A stretch of 64,000 bases of DNA from Octopus sinensis (lineage: Eukaryota), in the NCBI RefSeq assembly GCF_006345805.1, contig NC_043022.1, forward strand, positions 18,662,001 through 18,726,000, given 5' to 3'. The translations under genes were made by a program, and so were the position numbers. Shown in pieces: positions 50,788 through 64,000 of the stretch. Within the stretch, counting starts at the first letter, position 1. Each line of letters starts with the position of its first letter. A model generated the notes under the pieces. The model saw only the letters and a list, made by a program, of their open reading frames with translations. It made no database searches and had not been told where the DNA came from.

Positions 50788-51469
50788 ATATATGTGGTTA
50801 GAGCAGCAGTCGAGGGATCGCGGGTTCGAATCTCAGACCGGGTGATGTGTGTGTTTATGAGCGAAAACGCCAAGCTCCACGCGGCTCTGGCAGAAGGTAA
50901 TGGCGAACCTCTGCTGACTCTTTCGCCACACACAACTTTCTCTCACTCTATCCTCCTGCATCTTGCAGCTCACCAGCGACGGGCCGCGTCCTCCGGCGGG
51001 GGAACTATACGCCTAGGAAACCGTGAAACCAGCCCTTACGAGCCAGACAGGCTCGAGAAGGAACAAACAAAAACACAAACTGTATCTAGTTACTCTTATT
51101 CCTGCTTTCATCAAAGCTTAACTATTTGTAGAGCGACTACCATCCCCCACTTTTTAAAAATCATCGCTACACTTGATCATACACATTGTTTATTTCAACA
51201 GGATAATTTTTAAGGTCAGGAGCCAGATATGACCTCATTGAAATGAGGATACTTGCTGCCCCCCCCCCTCTCTCTCATTATTTTACAAAACCATGATTAT
51301 TTTTAATCTCTGCTCAATCTCCCGTTGGTGGTATACACATACTGAAAATTTTTTTTTGGAGGATAATTTGGTGGAAAAAAATGTGTCCAGTAGCTGTCTC
51401 CAGTATTTTGTTGAGTGCTGTGTTTTTCACAGCGTGTTATTAAAGCTCTAAGATGCTGTTTAAATGCCT

Positions 51470-52195
51470 TACATCTTCTAAGGCTTCTGGCAGTGAACCC
51501 AAGTGCCAGAAAAAGGTCATGACGCTCCATGAGAAGGCACAACTGCTGGATATGTTCCAGGAAGGTAAAAGTTATGCTGCAGTAGGTCGCTATTATCTTA
51601 TCAATGAAAACACTATTCCCTACATAAAGAAGAACGAGGTGGCGATCAAGACTACTGTAGCAGTAAGTTTCTGTGAAATTGCCAAAAAGATAACGATAGT
51701 GAGAAATAAGCATTTGGTCTGGATGGAACCTGCCTTGGCTTGTTGTGGATCAGTGACTGCAAGAAGAAAAACATCCCCTCAAGCATACACATCATCCGCG
51801 AGAAAGCGCGAAAATTATACCAGCAGTTCAACAAGGAGAGACGGAGCAGAAGGCACCGAAGAACTGTAACCAAGACCATTAACAGCACCGGAGCATGAAG
51901 ATTTTCAAACCAGCAAGGGATGGTTTACCGTTTCCAGAAACAGTTTACAATGAAGTGTGTTTCCTTGCATGGAGAGACAGCATCAGCCGACAAAAAAGCC
52001 GCCAAGAAGTGCCTCGAGACCTTCAGACAGATCATCGAGAACAAAGGATACAAGCCGGAACAGGTTTTCAGAATGGACGAGACTGGTTTGTTCTGGAAGA
52101 AGATGCCTTCCAGAACGTACGTCATGAAAGGCGAAGTCAGAGCCTCAGCATTTATGGCACAGAAGGACGGAGTGACGCTAATTATGTTTGGAACA
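51470..52195 (+). mobile_element. Tigger/pogo transposase remnant
   Basis: HTH-psq-like KKVMTLHEKAQLLD, then SLHGETASAD and VFRMDETGLFWKKMPSRTY (DDE start). Frameshifted and truncated by an inverted-repeat insertion. Confidence 0.88.
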
Positions 52196-52944
52196 TATTT
52201 TAAAATAAGCATTAAAACGCCTACGCACGTTTTGGTTTAGTCGCTTGGCAAACAGTAATGCGAATTTGCAGGATTCGAACCTTGTTAAAAGTTGTTGATT
52301 TTATATATAACCGAACTGGACCAGATCTCGTCAAGGCTTTCTATTGAAAAGAGCGTATTGTTACAACCCCTAACCGTCTATTTTTCAAATCCCTCATAGT
52401 CTTTTAACACAATTCGATTAGCTAATACCTTCCTCTATTACTTTAATAACGTTCTTTCTTTATCTCATAACTTAAAGTTTTCATTATACAGAAGTTTCAC
52501 ATATGAATGGCGGTGCCCCAGCATGGCCAAGGCTCGTGAGCTGAAAATAGATAAAATTATAAAATTAAAAAATGAATATGTGGTCCTCCTTATCCATCTT
52601 CTTAAGTACGTTATTGCCATCTTGCTTATCGTATCATATAATTCTAATTCCTCCGAAAAATATGTAAACATAAGCTCTTTTCAATAAGAAAACAACCCTG
52701 ATGAGATCTGGTCCAATTCAGTTATATATATAATCAACACTTCTAACATGGTTCGAATCATGCAGATCCGCAGTACTGTTTACCAAGCGACTAAATGGAA
52801 ACATGTGTCGGTCTTTTAATGCTTATTTTAAAATTATATTTTTTCCTATCATTTTATTTGTATTCATTTATTTGCTATATTTTATTGTGCTTATCATGAT
52901 ACAAATAACATAAACACTGATAATTAACTCTTCGTTTTTTTATA

Positions 52945-53670
52945 CTAGCTGACGCACCCAGTAATTCCCGGGGAAGCTGGGCTTATCCCTTGGTTCTGTT
53001 CTCATAATTGTTTCGCTAATCCAATAACAACAATACAAAGTATGAAGCCCTGAAAACGGTTTTTGTGCATTTACAGAGAATACCGGACTGTCTTATACAG
53101 GATCTCGTTTTTAGGAATTCCCAATAAGTTACGAATACCTAAATTGTGAAATCAGTTACATAACACCATGAAATTAGTTACCCGATAGTAAGAATTCAAA
53201 GAAAGTAACCCCGAAAAGCGCCTTAATGCGTTCCCAGAGTATATAGAACTTAGGAGGAAATACTAATAAGGTATGTATACTAAAATCGCGAAGCATGTTA
53301 CGTAATAACAGGATAAAGAGATATGAGATAATAACAATTCAAAATAAATAACTCTGAAAAGGCCTTTTGTGCGTTCCCAGAGAATATTACCCTCAGCGGT
53401 GTTAGTGTTGGTATATTCGTGAATAAGTCACAAACCGAAATAAGTGGATCTATTGTTTAGGAAAATACTATTTATTTGTTTAAGAGTTGTACTGGATAAA
53501 TTGTGAAAATAACTCTAACAGTTCAAATACTAAGATATAAGCATACTCAATTTGATTTATACCAAATAATTTAGGATATTGAATGGGTTATTTCCCTTGG
53601 CTATATATAAGGATCCCTTCCAGAGGCAAGTGGGTTATTTCCCTTTGCTGTTAAAAGAAAATATATTAGA
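52945..53670 (-). mobile_element. Non-autonomous Helitron-like element with ~150-bp internal repeats
   Basis: Minus strand ends cccggg-aatta-ctggg...CTAG|T. A putative TC 5' end lies at 53670, and the motif ctgaaaa..gtgcgttcccagag recurs three times. Confidence 0.5.
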
Positions 53671-54684
53671 TATATATATAAGGATCCCTTCCAGGGTTCC
53701 TATTATCGATTGTTTTCAACAATATGAGTATGCCATGAGATTTCCAGGCATGAGTTCTACTCACGTGTCATGTTTCATCAAAGTCAATAAAACAGTGTAG
53801 GAGGAGTTAGCTAACAACTCCACAAACACACCCACAGACAAAATTTCCCACGTATGTTGTAGATTAATATTTATATATGTATATGTGTGTACCACACCCA
53901 CACACACACACGCACACACACACACACGCACACACACACACACCCATATATAGTCAATATTAAAGACGAAATACCTTATAAAATTCATTGAAAAATATTC
54001 ATTGATTCTTTATAATTACTTATAAAACTGGGATCTTTCCCCTTTGAACGTCAGATCGAAAAATTAATTTTTTGTAACTAAACACTTTCAAACTTCGGAC
54101 ACTGGTAGAATGTGTCATATAAAACATCTTTTACTCTTAGTGTTGTTGAGAAAAGTTTGTATTTTCAAAGTTATTTCGTGTTAAAGTTGTCGTACTTCGG
54201 TAATTTCAACCAATCAGTGACGTGTATTCAGCTGAATAAAATCACTGTTGTTGTTTGTCAACAACAACATCCAGTGGTGTGTATGCCGATTGAGGAGTCA
54301 AGAATGTGTTGAAGTATTTGAATCAAAGAGATCTGACCCTTTTAATCTAATCTCTTGTTTCATAAACAAAATATTTTAGTGGGGAGAGTTCTTTAATGGC
54401 ACTTTTTTATGGGGGGGTGGGGGTGAGATAAGCAAAAGGGTACCCATATATATATATATATACATATAAGCCTTCTGTTAAGAACACACAACTCCTCCGT
54501 ATGATATCTTTGTTAGACTCAGTCAAAATTCTCTGATATTTATGTAAGTCAAAAGTTATAGTGTGACATCTACAAATATGTACACACACACACACACACG
54601 TTCAATAATAAGCATTTACATCCAACCATATCTAAGCACAAACACTCACATACACACAAATATACATTAACATACATTCACATC

Positions 54685-54715
<31 letters not shown>

Positions 54716-55029
54716 TTATGGCACTTCTACATTCATACACTGACTTAGTATGTGTGTGAATGCGGATGAGTATCCTTATTGTTATTATCGTCATTATGTG
54801 TGTGTGTGTGTGTGTGTCTGTGTGTTTGTGTTTCTCTGTGTGTGTGTGATAAAAAGCAGTAACGCTATCCGCTTCAGTCATTATGATAGACAAACATTGC
54901 AGCGTGAACATCTAGTGTTCCATGGAAGCAGGATATACACCAGAACAGGATACATTCATGCATATGTCTATGTGTGAACAAAGTAAATATGGATATGTCT
55001 ATCTAATTATTTTTCTAAAAATTTAACTA

Positions 55030-55098
<69 letters not shown>

Positions 55099-55674
55099 CC
55101 TGTCTATCTATCTATCTATCTATCTATCTATATATCTATCTATCTATATATCTATATATCTATCTATCTATCTATCTGTCTATCTACTTATTTCTCTATC
55201 TATCATTTTATCAATTATCTATCAATCTGTCTTATCAATATTTATATATGCATGTAAGTATATATGTGTGTTCATAAGTATATGTGTGTGTGTGTGTGTG
55301 TGTGTGTATATACACACACACACACACACACACACATACACACACACACACATATGTATGTATATACAACACACACCACACATATATATATATATATATA
55401 TAGCACATCATTCTTCAACCAACTTATGGTTGGTCGGAACTCTCCATTGACAATCCCTTCCCACACTTCACAGTCCTGCATTGCTGTGTTTAGATCTTTA
55501 ATTTCTAGCCCTGAGTCCTGAGATATAGTATCTGGAAATGTCAGTTTCCTGGAGAAAACACTACCAGTAGAAAAAAATATATATTATATATATATACAAT
55601 AGGCTTCTTTCATTTTCTGTCTATCAAATATATATCCTTGTATACATGTGTGTATGAGTGTGTGCATGAGTGCT

Positions 55675-55709
<35 letters not shown>

Positions 55710-56529
55710 TCAAAATAAGCAACAAGAATGACTCCAGTAATTTGGTACGATCGTTTTTTACTACATCATTTTATTAAATGTTGTAAGTATTACAACAGTT
55801 TTAAAATGCTGAGCACTCATCAGCAAATTATAGAGGTTTTCCATTAATACAAAAGTTTTCAAATCAAGTGGCAACATTATAGAGAAGGTAGATATACAGA
55901 CAAAGATGTAGATTTAAATTTTAAGAACATATGAGGTAGTGAAGTCCTTCCACTGACTGACCAAGATACGGCTGTTCCTAACTGCTCTAAGGTTAGAAGT
56001 AATAAAGATTTTTTATTACTTTTTTTTATTACACCATCTAGAAAATTACACATAATAGAAATATTAAAATTAAAATAACAATAAAATACCAATGATTAAG
56101 TAAATTGCAATTATATGTAATTTTCTAGATGATGTAATTTAATTGTTCATTTTGAATTGATAAAAGGTGGTTTTTTCTAATTTTATATATATATATATAT
56201 TATATTGTGTGAAATTTGATTTAGTATTTCTAAATTGAATTTTTCCCAGTAAGTTTGGATTAATATTCCTTCAAATTATTATAATTATTATTATTATATA
56301 TATATATATATTCTTTTATACTTGTTTCAGTCATATTGACTGCGGCCATGCTGCAGCACCGCCTTTAGTGGATCAGATTGACCCCAGGACTTATTGTTTG
56401 AAAGCCTAGTACTTATTCTATCAGTGTCTTTTGCTGAGCTGCTATGTTACAGGGATGTAAACACACCAACATTAGTTGTCAAGCGATAATGGGGGTGGGG
56501 ACAAACACAGATACACAAATACATATATA

Positions 56530-56915
56530 TCTATATATATAAACTGAGAATGTGTATCTGTCTGTCTGTCTGTCAGTGCGAATCCCTAAAACTTGAGAAC
56601 TATACAACCAATTTCATTCAAATTTTACATGTCTTACTTAGGGTCCAGGGAGTGTCGTGGGCAAAAACAACTTTTAACTTTTTGCCTAGGGCGAGCCCAC
56701 AGCAATATCATATCTTCACCACTATTTCAGTATTACGTGTTAAAAGTGAAACAAAAGCATCTCTCTATTGTAATGTGAGATACTTTCACTTTAATACTGA
56801 AACTGTTAAAGTCAAACTATTATATAAGAGGGATGAACTATTGACAGTGGACATCCATTTTGCCAGAAGAAGATCCGCTATGGTCTTATATGCTACACCA
56901 CTGGTTTTCAATTCA
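56530..56915 (+). mobile_element. Helitron/DINE-like fragment
   Basis: TC(TA)n start followed by a (TGTC)n block and aacttgagaactatacaaccaatttcattcaaatttt. The 3' end is uncertain. Confidence 0.4.
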
Positions 56916-57654
56916 TATTAATCAAATTAATATTCAATTTCTCACCCTTATTATTGTAAATTTAAATTCAAACCCAGGACCATGTGTTTTGGAACGAAGT
57001 TTGTTACCACACAGCCACACCTGCACCTATGTATGTGTGTGTGTGTGTGTGTGTTGTGTGTGTGTGTGTGTGTATAGCTGTATATGTATACATTTATTTC
57101 AGGCAGTAAGGCAGACAGACAAACAGTCAGAAAAACAACAAGACAGACAGTCAAACAGACAGACAGACAGACTGTACAAATGAGTCATACACAACAGAGA
57201 ACTAAATTAGCTGAAATCATAAGAGAATGTGGAATGGAGAGTAATTTAGTGTAATTAGACCAATAAAAATTTAATTAAACACTCCCAGATATAACAATTT
57301 AACAGAATATGCCAAATACGTCCTATCAATTAATGATTCCAAGAAAGATAAAAATGAAAATAAAAATAATAAAGTGGGATGGCTGTGTGGTAAAAAGCTT
57401 GACTCCAAGCCACATGGTTCCAGGTTCAGTTTCACTGCATAGTACTTTGAGCAAGTATCTTCTAATATAACCTCAGTCTGATCAAAGCCTTGTGAGAGGA
57501 TTTGGTAGATGGAAACTGTAAGAAGCATGCTATGTATGTGTGTATGTGTTTGTTCGCCCAGTCACTGCTTGATAACCAGTGTTGGTTTGTTTATGTCCCG
57601 GTAACATGGAAGTTCAGCAAAGAGACTGATAGAATAAGTACCAGACTGTTGAGG

Positions 57655-58290
57655 CTTCTAATCATAAAGTTAAGACCTCTAATCATATAGTTAGGACCTT
57701 TAATCATAAAGTTAAAACCTTTAATCATAAAGTTAAAACCTCTGATCAAAAAGCTAACACAATTAATCATAAGACCTCTAATCACAAATTTAAGACCTCT
57801 AATCATAAAGTTAAGATCTCTGATCATAAAGCTAAGACAATTACCCATAAGGTTAAGACCTCTAATCATATAGTTAGGACCTTTAATCATAAAGTCTCTA
57901 ATCATAAAGTTAAAACCTTTAATCATAAAGTTAAGACCTCTGATCAAAAAGCTAACACAATTAATCATAAGACCTCTAATCACAAATTTAAGACCTCTAA
58001 TCATAAAGTTAAGATCTCTGATCATAAAGCTAAGACAATTACCCATAAAGTGAAGACCTCTAATCATAAAGTTAGGACCTTTAATCATAAAGTTATAACC
58101 TCTAATCATAAAGTTAAAACCTTTAATCATAAAGTTAAGACCTCTGATCATAAAGCTAACACAATTAATCATAAGACCTCTAATCACAAATTTAAGACCT
58201 CTAATCATAAAGTTAAGATCTCTGATCATAAAGCTAAGACAATTACCCATAAAGTGAAGACCTCTAAGCATAAGGTTAAGACTTCTAATA
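57655..58290. repeat. 21-bp minisatellite with a ~200-bp higher-order period
   Basis: Unit aatcataaagttaagacctct. The variant block aagctaacacaatt recurs at 57751, 57949 and 58153. Confidence 0.92.
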
Positions 58291-58584
58291 AAATGGTGAA
58301 TCCAATAAGCGTGAAGTTAAGACAATTAATCATGATTTTAGGGAGATTCTGTTGATGTTTCTAACAGGGCAAGACCCACCATGTTGGGTCATTTTGTTGT
58401 TGTTGGTGTTTGTTTGTTCTTTTTTTCCTTTTCGACCAAAACAAAAATGTCTGCCTCTATTTCTCTGACAGGCAAGAATGAGAGCCACAACTTCCATCAC
58501 GAACTCCAACCTCATTCTATTGCTGTTCTGTGTTCTTTGCCTGCAGGTAGGTGCATTTACTGTCTTGCTCACTTTCCATGGACA

Positions 58585-58622
<38 letters not shown>

Positions 58623-58630
58623 CACACACA

Positions 58631-58661
<31 letters not shown>

Positions 58662-58749
58662 ATAACACACAGGTCAATTAAGACTCTTCAAGGTGGTGCT
58701 CCAGCATGTTCACAGTCTAATGACTGAAACAAGTAAAGGTAACATTATA

Positions 58750-58786
<37 letters not shown>

Positions 58787-58850
58787 GTATATACATATAT
58801 ATATATTATATAATATCTATATATATATATATTATATATATATATATATA

Positions 58851-60100
58851 GATGCGTGTGTACGAACAGCCATGCTACATGGCAGCGAAACATGGGCTGT
58901 GACTGCTGAGGACATGCGTAAGCTCGTGAGGAATGAAGCCAGTATGCTCCGATGGATGTGTAATGTCAGTGTACATACTCGACAGAGCGTTAGCACCTTG
59001 AGAGAAATGTTGTACCTAAGAAGCATCAGTTGTGGGTGCAAAGAGAGACGATTGCGCTGGTATGGTCAGTGGCGAGAATGGATGAAGATAGGTGTGTGAG
59101 AAAGTGCCAATCCCTAGCAGTTGAGGGAACCGTGGAAGAGGTAGACCCAGGAAAACCTGGGACGAGGTGGTGAAGCACGAACTTCGAACTTTAGGCCTCA
59201 CTGAGGAAATGACCAGAGACCGAGAACCTTTGGAAATATTCTGTACGTGAGAAGACCAGGCAGGACAAGTGAGCCCAGCCCACTTATGAATGCCTTTCCT
59301 CCCTTGGACACAAAGACCGGTTGAGGCAAGCGAAGTCGATATAGAACCTCATCCGACGACAGACACCCATCCCAACCCCCCATGCTTGCGAAGACATGTT
59401 GGGGCAAGCGAAATCGAAATCGAAATCGAAACCGAATTGAACCAGCCAGGATCCCTGGCCTGGTGGTACGTAAAAAGCACTATCCGACTCGGGGCCGTGG
59501 CACGTAAAATACTCCAATGCGACCGTACGACAGGCACCCATGCCAACCCCCTTTGCTTGTGAAGACATGTTGGGGCAAGCGAAATCGAAATCGAATTGAA
59601 CCAGCCAGGATCCCTGGTCTGGTGGTACGTAAAAAGCACTATCCGACTCGTGGCCGTGGCACGTAAAATACTCCATGCGACCGTACGACAGGCACCCTTG
59701 CCAACCCCCTTTGCTTGTGAAGACATGTTGGGGCAAGCGAAATCGAAATCGAATTGAACAGCCAGGATCCCTGGTCTGGTGTACGTAAAAAGCACTATCC
59801 GACTCGTGGCCGATGCCAGCACCGCCTCGACTGGCTTCCGTGCCGGTGGCACATAAAATACACCAATCTGACCGTGGCGTTGCCAGCCCCGCCTGGCACC
59901 TGTGCAGGTGGCACGTAAAAAAGCAACCCACTACACTCACGGAGGGTGGGGCGTTAGGAAGGGCATCCAGCTGTAGAAACATTGCCAAATTAGACTGGAG
60001 CCTGGTGCAGCCTTCTGGCTTCCCAGAACCCCGGTCGAACCGTCCAACCCATGCTAGCATGGAGAACGGACGTTAAAAGACGATGATGAACGACGATGAT
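58851..60100 (+). mobile_element. 5'-truncated RTE LINE with an internally expanded 3' UTR (copy 1)
   Basis: DACVRTAMLHGSETWAVT...RGRPRKTW, then about three ~135-bp UTR repeats and the tail gttaaa(cgatgatg). Confidence 0.85.
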
Positions 60101-60124
60101 GTATATACTATATATATATATATA

Positions 60125-60155
<31 letters not shown>

Positions 60156-60170
60156 GTAATACATATATAT

Positions 60171-60213
<43 letters not shown>

Positions 60214-60215
<2 letters not shown>

Positions 60216-61460
60216 TGCGTGTGTACGAACAGCCATGCTACATGGCAGCGAAACATGGGCTGTGACTGCTGAGGACATGCGTAAGCTCGTGAGGAATGAA
60301 GCCAGTATGCTCCGATGGATGTGTAATGTCAGTGTACATACTCGACAGAGCGTTAGCACCTTGAGAGAAATGTTGTACCTAGAAGCATCAGTTGTGGTGT
60401 GCAAGAGAGACGATTGCGCTGGTATGGTCATGTGGCGAGATGGATGAAGATAGGTGTGTGAGAAAGTGCCAATCCCTAGCAGTTGAGGGAACCCGTGGAA
60501 GAGGTAGACCCAGGAAAACCTGGGACGAGGTGGTGAAGCACGACTTCGAACTTTAGGCCTCACTGAGGAAATGACCAGAGACCGAGACCTTTGGAAATAT
60601 TCTGTACGTGAGAAGACAGGCAGGACAAGTGAGCCCAGCCCACTTATGAATGCCTTTCCTCCCTTGGACACAAAGACCGGTTGAGGCAAGCGAAGTCGAT
60701 ATAGAACCTCATCCGACGACAGACACCCATCCCAACCCCCCATGCTTGCGAAGACATGTTGGGGCAAGCGAAATCGAAATCGAAATCGAAACCGAATTGA
60801 ACCAGCCAGGATCCCTGGCCTGGTGGTACGTAAAAAGCACTATCCGACTCGGGGCGTGGCACGTAAAATACTCCAATGCGACCGTACGACAGGCACCCAT
60901 GCCAACCCCCTTTGCTTGTGAAGACATGTTGGGGCAAGCGAATCGAAATCGAATTGAACCAGCCAGGATCCCTGGTCTGGTGGTACGTAAAAAGCACTAT
61001 CCGACTCGTGGCCGTGGCACGTAAAATACTCCAATGCGACCGTACGACAGGCACCCTTGCCAACCCCCTTTGCTTGTGAAGACATGTTGGGGCAAGCGAA
61101 ATCGAAATCGAATTGAACCAGCCAGGATCCCTGGTCTGGTGGTACGTAAAAAGCACTATCCGACTCGTGGCCGATGCCAGCACCGCCTCGACTGGCTTCC
61201 GTGCCGGTGGCACATAAAATACACCAATCTGACCGTGGCCGTTGCCAGCCCCGCCTGGCACCTGTGCAGGTGGCACGTAAAAAGCACCCACTACACTCAC
61301 GGAGTGGTTGGCGTTAGGAAGGGCATCCAGCTGTAGAAACATTGCCAAATTAGACTGGAGCCTGGTGCAGCCTTCTGGCTTCCCAGAACCCCGGTCGAAC
61401 CGTCAACCCATGCTAGCATGGAGAACGGACGTTAAACGACGATGATGAACGACGATGATG
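60214..61460 (+). mobile_element. Tandem second copy of the RTE fragment at 58851-60100
   Basis: Offset ~1363 bp; the copies differ mainly by single-base indels. Confidence 0.8.
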
Positions 61461-61502
<42 letters not shown>

Positions 61503-62129
61503 ACACACAAAGTAGTAAATATATATATATGTATTACATATATATATATATATATAAACATACATACATATATATATATCATCATCATCGTCATCATCGT
61601 CGTTTAACGTCCACTTTCCATGCTAGCATGGGTTGGATGGTTTGGCTGAGGGCTGGCGAACCAGATGGCTGCACCAGGCTGCAGTCTTGATCTGGTAGAG
61701 TTTCTACAGCTGGATGCCCTTCCTAACGCCAACCACTCCGAGAGTGTAGTGGGTGCTTTTACGTGCCACAAGCATGGGGGCCAGTCAGGCGGTACTGGCA
61801 ATGATATATATCAATATATATATACCAGTGCCAGTGGCACGTAAGAGAACCATCTGAACGTGGCCGTAGCCAGCGCCGCCCCGACTGGCATCCGTGCCGG
61901 TGGCACGTAAAAAGCACCATCCGATTGTGGCCGTTTGCCAGCTCTGTCGGGCACCTGTGCCAGTGGCACGTAAAAAGCACCCACTACACTCACGGAGTGG
62001 TTGGCGTTAGGAAGGGCATCCAGCTGTAGAAACACTGCCAGATCAGACTGGGCCTGGTGCAGCCTTCTGGCTTCCCAGACCCCAGTTGAACCGTCCAACC
62101 CATGCCAGCATGGAAAGCGGACGTTAAAC

Positions 62130-62162
<33 letters not shown>

Positions 62163-62381
62163 ATATATGGCCATGTGATGCATATGGATGAGAACAGCTG
62201 TGTGACGAAGTGTCACACCCTAACAGTGGAGAGAACCTGTGGAAGAGGTAGACCCAGGAAGACATGGAATGAAATGGTGAAACTTTTTAATTTAAGTCTT
62301 ATGAAAACAAGACATTTGTACTCAGAGCCAGAGCCGTTTCATCCAGGTTTGTTATGAAAGGGTTAATTTAGATCACTTTAA

Positions 62382-62603
62382 CCCTTTTGTTACCATATTG
62401 CTGTTGAGATGCGCTGTGTTTCTTTCAATCAATTTTAAATATAGCAAAAAATTTAGTAAAATAACTTCGTTATCATTAAGCTAGTGTTAGGAACATAAAT
62501 TGTGACTAAGGTTTGGTGGAAGATTTTAATTCAGAACTTATGAAAACAAGACATTCGTACTTCAGAACCAGAGCAGGTTTCAGCTGGGTTGGTAATGAAA
62601 GGG
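62382..62603. mobile_element. piggyBac-type MITE
   Basis: TTAA|CCCTTTTGTTACC ... GGTAATGAAAGGG|TTAA. Related copies at 25404-25865, 25878-26080 and 62270-62366. Confidence 0.75.
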
Positions 62604-63243
62604 TTAATATTGAAAATTTTGGAGTATTGAATATGCTGCTAAGAACTAATATACAATTCCTTATTTCAATGTATGTATATGTATATATAGGTGTAAAAAG
62701 TTTAAATTTACTAAAATGATAGTATTGCAAACAGTTTAGGTTAAATAGGTGATATAGTTTGGGATTATGGTGTAAAGTTTAGGTAAAAATTGGATAAAGG
62801 TGAGTTACATGGAGTATAAATATGGTGGGATTTACAATGGATGTTATATTATGTATTATTGTATTATGATCAGATAAGTATAGGATTAAGTATAAAGATC
62901 AGAATATAAATCAGAATAAAAAAATTTATAGTAATATTAAGGGTTAATTAAGGGTTATGGGGATAAAAATAAGGGTTATAGTTATGCGCCAAATAAGAAA
63001 TAATGTTATTGAATAATATGCAGATGGTATTATAATGCTAATTAATCTACATGAATGTTTAAAAGCAGGATATATATGAACATGTGATTAGGAAGCATTA
63101 CATTCACCAACTAATTAGGTTATACAGTTCTATATTTAAGAGATGAGGAGTTATGTACATTATTTATATTTGACGGATATTTGTCCTCGCCTTGATGAAC
63201 GCTGGAGGATATATCAGCCGAAACGTTGTGTTAACAGCAAAAA

Positions 63244-63322
<79 letters not shown>

Positions 63323-63336
63323 CATTCATATAGAAG

Positions 63337-64000
63337 TCTTTGAACTTTAATTCACCCCGTATCTCTATTTATTATTATTTATTATGTATCATTATTCTGA
63401 GCCCCCTAGTCGCCACTCTGTTTACTATTTCAGCCTCGCCTCGTTTTTGCATATTCTGTATAATTCATTAGTTATCGTTATAGATATTTAAGATCTATCT
63501 CCCTTACAGGGCTGATCGAATTGGCCGCCGATCTTCGCGGGGTTCTCTTCCCCTTCTCTCCCCCTCTTTTTACAATGTCTGTCTGGACTCCTCTCTTCCT
63601 ACTTCTCCTCCATGGCTATGCATACTTAAGCTAGTAACCTGCCTCATTCTTGATTCCGAATTCCTTTTGCCAAGTCTGTCCGTAAACGAAGTGATCCCAA
63701 GATAAGAAATCTTTGAACTTTAATTCACCCCGTATCTCTATTTATTATTATTTATTATGTATCATTATTCTGAGCCCCCTAGTCGCCACTCTGTTTACTA
63801 TTTCAGCCTCGCCTCGTTTTTGCATATTCTGTATAATTCATTAGTTATCGTTATAGATATTTAAGATCTATCTCCCTTACAGGGCTGATCGAATTGGCCG
63901 CCGATTCTTCGCGGGGTTCTCTTCCCCTTCTCTCCCCCTCTTTTTACATTGTCTGTCTGGACTCCTCTCTTCCTACTTCTCTCCATGGCTATGCATACTT
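63337..64000. repeat. 373-bp tandem repeat running off the window end
   Basis: tctttgaactttaattcacc at 63337 and 63710; the copies are near-identical. Confidence 0.85.

Noticed and set aside
59284-61348. 200-258 aa minus-strand ORFs with repeated peptides
   Set aside because: They are antisense read-through of the tandemly expanded RTE 3' UTR.
62640-63140. C-poor, AT-rich strand-asymmetric tract considered as a possible NUMT
   Set aside because: I found no recognisable mitochondrial protein, tRNA or rRNA motif in the frames I translated. A BLAST against mtDNA would settle it.
63337-64000. 373-bp tandem unit considered as a possible retrozyme monomer
   Set aside because: I found no hammerhead core on either strand of the unit.

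Overview
AT-rich, microsatellite- and repeat-dense eukaryotic DNA, most likely an octopus genome (inferred from the repeat families; not provable from this window). Almost all ORFs in the supplied track are microsatellite or repeat read-through. The one recognisable host gene is FBXO42 (F-box plus kelch repeats) on the minus strand: seven coding exons from 47263 to 23873 have GT-AG sites and consistent phases. One exon is present twice in a ~1.5 kb tandem duplication, and I could not find the C-terminal exon(s) beyond a 100-N gap. The window also holds an intact-looking tRNA-Ile(AAT), two or three candidate exons of an unidentified plus-strand gene (2.8-6.0 kb), a decayed Penelope-like element, a decayed RTE LINE with a PHD-type finger, mariner, Tigger, piggyBac-type and Helitron derivatives, and many SINEs. 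The most interesting signal is a set of minimal type I hammerhead ribozyme motifs of the kind known from Penelope-like element termini, in about five unrelated sequence families. The best case is a near-perfect 130-bp inverted repeat in an FBXO42 intron (34170-34500) in which each arm carries a consensus-intact hammerhead. Another family joins a tRNA-like Pol III head to a hammerhead and is linked by sequence to the Penelope coding remnant. Coordinates were counted by hand and repeat boundaries are approximate.
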